Part shown: positions 61,487 through 64,000 of the stretch, piece by piece
Numbering within the stretch: position 1 is the first letter of the stretch
Layout: every line of letters starts with the position of its first letter
Assembly (NCBI GenBank): GCA_020633415.1
Contig: JACKDQ010000002.1
Location: 256,976-320,975 of the forward strand
DNA: 64,000 bases
Source of the DNA: Deltaproteobacteria bacterium
Lineage (GTDB): Bacteria; Myxococcota_A; Polyangia; GCA-2747355
Direction of reading: 5' to 3'
Notes under the pieces: model-generated
Told to the model about the DNA's origin: nothing
Database searches by the model: none
Seen by the model: only the letters and a program-made list of their open reading frames with translations
Translations under genes and position numbers: made by a program

Positions 61487-62298
61487 GGCAGACCTTCCCC
61501 ATAGCCACAGCGCAGGCCCTGGACCAAGCGTGGCGCCTGAGTAAACCTCACCCGCAGCGCCAATGGCGGCAGGCTCGCCACGACCTGAGCTTCGATGCCG
61601 ACCTCAAGCTGGGAAACGATGTTGCGCTGCTCGCCAAGATCTTCAGCCGCAAGCCAAAACAGGCGATTCAATAGTTCCTGTTGGCGCTCGACGAGCGCCT
61701 GCTGCGCCGTCTTGGGAAAACAAAGCGGTGAACCGGCGGCCTGCACCGAACCGATCAGCGAAGCGATCGTCGCGCGATGCTTGTCGTTGTCGGCGTCAGC
61801 ATCTGCGGCGTTGGTCAACCAAATGCCCGCAGCAAAATCATCGCGTAGCTGCTTCCACGTGCGGTCGTAGTTGGAAGCGAGATCGTCGCCCCATTTTTCA
61901 GCCATCAGCAGCGCCTCCGCTAAACAGCTCGCGATCGCTTGGCGGCGCGCCGTCATCTCGGCCACCCAGCGACAATGGGCCGCGGTCGCATCATCGGGCT
62001 TCAAACAGAGACTGTCCGCTGAGCCTACCGCCGAAATCGTCGTCGCTCGATCGAACAGCGGCGCGCTACCCGGATCGGCCGGAATCGCGCAGGTCAACAC
62101 TAGGCCGCGTTTGGCTTTCTCGTCGATCACCACCGGAATGTCGCCGATCCACTCGGGCAGGCCAGCCGCAACCAGATCAACTTCACCGCTGACCGGCGTA
62201 CCCGCTGGCGCCTGGGGCACGTTGTATGCCCACCGGCCACCGTCGTCCACCCGACAAGCCGTCAATAGCAAGAGCAAAGCGCAGCCGACGATACGCAC
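61483..62298 (-). CDS. Lipoprotein (hypothetical)
   Basis: GTG 62298 has a GGAGGA Shine-Dalgarno. MRIVGCALLLLLTACRVD carries a lipobox. 271 aa, no recognisable domain. Confidence 0.6.
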   Translation of the reverse strand: MRIVGCALLLLLTACRVDDGGRWAYNVPQAPAGTPVSGEVDLVAAGLPEWIGDIPVVIDEKAKRGLVLTCAIPADPGSAPLFDRATTISAVGSADSLCLKPDDATAAHCRWVAEMTARRQAIASCLAEALLMAEKWGDDLASNYDRTWKQLRDDFAAGIWLTNAADADADNDKHRATIASLIGSVQAAGSPLCFPKTAQQALVERQQELLNRLFWLAAEDLGEQRNIVSQLEVGIEAQVVASLPPLALRVRFTQAPRLVQGLRCGYGEGLP

Positions 62299-62549
62299 GA
62301 TATCCTCCGCACCAGGTACCCTCTAAAACGACGGATCTCGCCGATCGTTGAGCGAACGCGGCGTTTTGCTAGTCCAGGGCATGAGCTCAGCGACAAAGAT
62401 CGTCGGCCAATACCAACCATTCAACAAGAGCGCAGTGCCGACGAGGCCTTACCCGCAGAACGCGGCGCGAGCAGCGATCGCAAGCGCGAGCAAGCGCCAG
62501 CGCCAGCGCTGCTCAGCCTGAGCGAGGCGTCGAAAATTCCTGCGCGCCA

Positions 62550-63329
62550 CTAATAAGCGTCGCGACGGCGGCGCACCTCGGCAAACACCGCCACCGGATC
62601 ACCTACATCTCCGCCAACGGCCTCAGCGAGCGCTCGGCTCTGGCATCGAAGAAATGGGTTGAAGCGCCGCTCGGTCGACCAATCGCTGGGCACCGACGGT
62701 TTTTCCGCTTTGCGCAGCGCCGCGATACGCTCACCATAGGCGGTCAGCTCGGCATCGGCCGGCGTTAGTGAGCGGGCAAAGGCGACGTTCTTCTCGGTAT
62801 ACTCATGTCCCGGGTAGATCGCGGTGTCCTCGCGCATCAGCACGGCGAGCTTGTCGTTAAGCGACTGATACATCAGCTCGGCGCTGCCTTCAAACAGCCG
62901 GCCGCAACCCGAACAGAACAGCGTGTCTCCGGTGAAGGCGACGCGGTCGTTGATGTAACAAATCGCATCGAGCGTATGCCCCGGCGTCGCCACCGCGCGA
63001 AAGCGCAGACTTCCCAGTGCGATCTGCTCACCATCGCCGATCGAACGAGTCAAACAAGGGATCCGTCCGCTATTTGGGGAGCCCAGCACCTCGAGCGAAG
63101 GATAACGGGCCACGATCGCCTCGTGCCCCGAAACATGGTCCCAATGGTGATGCGTCGTCCAGATCGCGCACAAATCGACGCCGAGCTGCTCAACTCTACG
63201 CAGCACCGGATCCGCTTGAGCTGGATCGACTGCAGCAGCCTGGTTTGTCTGCGGACAGATCACGATGTAGGCATAGTTGTCTTCGAATACCGGAACGATC
63301 TCGATTCGCACGCTAATCCTCTTGGTCAA
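62550..63329 (-). CDS. gloB: Hydroxyacylglutathione hydrolase (glyoxalase II)
   Basis: Motifs are DNYAYIV, THHHWDHVSG (metallo-beta-lactamase motif), TPGHT, GDTLF and the C-terminal NPFLR. Confidence 0.88.
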   Translation of the reverse strand: MTKRISVRIEIVPVFEDNYAYIVICPQTNQAAAVDPAQADPVLRRVEQLGVDLCAIWTTHHHWDHVSGHEAIVARYPSLEVLGSPNSGRIPCLTRSIGDGEQIALGSLRFRAVATPGHTLDAICYINDRVAFTGDTLFCSGCGRLFEGSAELMYQSLNDKLAVLMREDTAIYPGHEYTEKNVAFARSLTPADAELTAYGERIAALRKAEKPSVPSDWSTERRFNPFLRCQSRALAEAVGGDVGDPVAVFAEVRRRRDAY

Positions 63330-64000
63330 GCTTCGCCGTCGAACCAGGGATTGCTATCACAAACTTCGCGCCCCGCCCTAAAGAAGATGTCGCCCGGATC
63401 GAACCGCCGTGCTCCTGCACGATCCGATGAGCGATCGCCAGACCCAAGCCCGTTCCGCCACGCGCTTTCTTCGTCGTAAAATAAGGCGTAAATAATTGTG
63501 CTGCCGTCTCGTCGTCGAAGCCAGCCCCATTGTCGCTGACCTCGATCAGTGCCTCGTTGTGCTCGACCTTCAGCGCCACGGATACCTGCGGCTTGTCGCT
63601 GTGCTGCTCGGCAGCTTCCTTGGCGTTATTGAGCAAATTGATCAGGACTTGGCGCAACTGCTGCTCATCTGCTTGGACCAGCACCGGCGCCGAACTCGGC
63701 GAAAACGCCACATCGGGATAGAGCGGCAAGACGCGCTCGATCAGTTGACCAAGCTCAGCGGGCTCGAGGACCGCCCTGGGCATCCGCGCAAATTGGGAAA
63801 ACTCAGCGACGATCTGCTTGAGCCGCTCCACTTCCTCGAGGATCGTCCGCGTCGACTCGGCAAACACTTCCTCAAAGTCCGGGTGACGACGTTGGTGCAC
63901 CTTTTTCAAAGTGTCGATCGACATCTGTATCGGAAACAGCGGGTTCTTGATTTCGTGGGCGATGCGTTGGGCGATCTCTCGCCAGGCCGCGACGCGTTCG
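63313..64000 (-). CDS. Sensor histidine kinase, NtrY-like transmitter (C-terminal part; 5' end beyond the window end)
   Basis: The frame stays open upstream of the track's internal Met at 63924. The reverse translation near 63990..63930 reads RIAHEIKNPLFPIQMSIDTL (H-box). Then come LINLLNNAKEA, DNGAGF and GGTGLGLAIAHRIVQEHGG. Confidence 0.8.
   Translation of the reverse strand, partial: ERVAAWREIAQRIAHEIKNPLFPIQMSIDTLKKVHQRRHPDFEEVFAESTRTILEEVERLKQIVAEFSQFARMPRAVLEPAELGQLIERVLPLYPDVAFSPSSAPVLVQADEQQLRQVLINLLNNAKEAAEQHSDKPQVSVALKVEHNEALIEVSDNGAGFDDETAAQLFTPYFTTKKARGGTGLGLAIAHRIVQEHGGSIRATSSLGRGAKFVIAIPGSTAKLDQED

Noticed and set aside
62453-62549. 33-codon ORF starting at a GTG overlapping the gloB stop (VARRNFRRLAQAEQRWRWRLLALAIAARAAFCG) in the 251-nt gap downstream of gloB.
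   Set aside because: It has no SD and an Arg/Ala-rich composition expected by chance in GC-rich DNA, and I cannot assess conservation. There is insufficient support to call it.

Overview
This is a GC-rich bacterial chromosomal segment (I estimate 60-65% GC by eye and did not compute it). It is densely coding on both strands, with about 50 supportable CDS. I found no rRNA, tRNA, CRISPR array, transposase, integrase or phage gene. Several features together suggest a Myxococcota-type genome; this is an inference, not a database result. They are a MYXO-CTERM-like sorting tail, a thrombospondin-type-3/VWA lipoprotein, an AAA+TPR sigma-54 activator, an AAA+TPR adenylate cyclase, a Ser/Thr kinase with a DUF4388-like tail, and many small Cys-rich lipoproteins. 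Confidently recognised housekeeping genes are heme O synthase (ctaB), P5C dehydrogenase, birA, nadC, glk, pgi, AdoMet decarboxylase and gloB. An ActB-like Tat-exported oxidoreductase is truncated by the window start. There is also a four-gene gamma-glutamylation-type amine catabolic cluster (Fe-ADH, ALDH, GS-like, SDR). The leads I rank highest are: (1) an orphan, divergent flagellin-family gene behind a 24% GC island carrying a near-consensus sigma-28 promoter, followed by a partner-less AmmeMemoRadiSam-type radical SAM gene that is translationally coupled to a class I amidotransferase; (2) a translationally coupled five-gene envelope operon of a membrane sulfatase-fold/HEAT protein with Thr at the nucleophile position, an LpxL-type acyltransferase, a ketosynthase, a Cys-rich lipoprotein and a Cys-less KS-like protein, with no ACP, KR or DH; (3) a MYXO-CTERM-type surface protein immediately followed by a CPBP intramembrane protease; (4) a FolB::thioredoxin-reductase-like fusion lacking the redox cysteines; (5) a lipoprotein with four exact DDPIPPTR repeats overlapping the 3' end of the sigma-54 activator; and (6) a four-Cys domain shared by two divergently transcribed membrane proteins next to tandem GT-C-like glycosyltransferases. 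All functional calls rest on motif recognition by eye and need HMM or BLAST confirmation.
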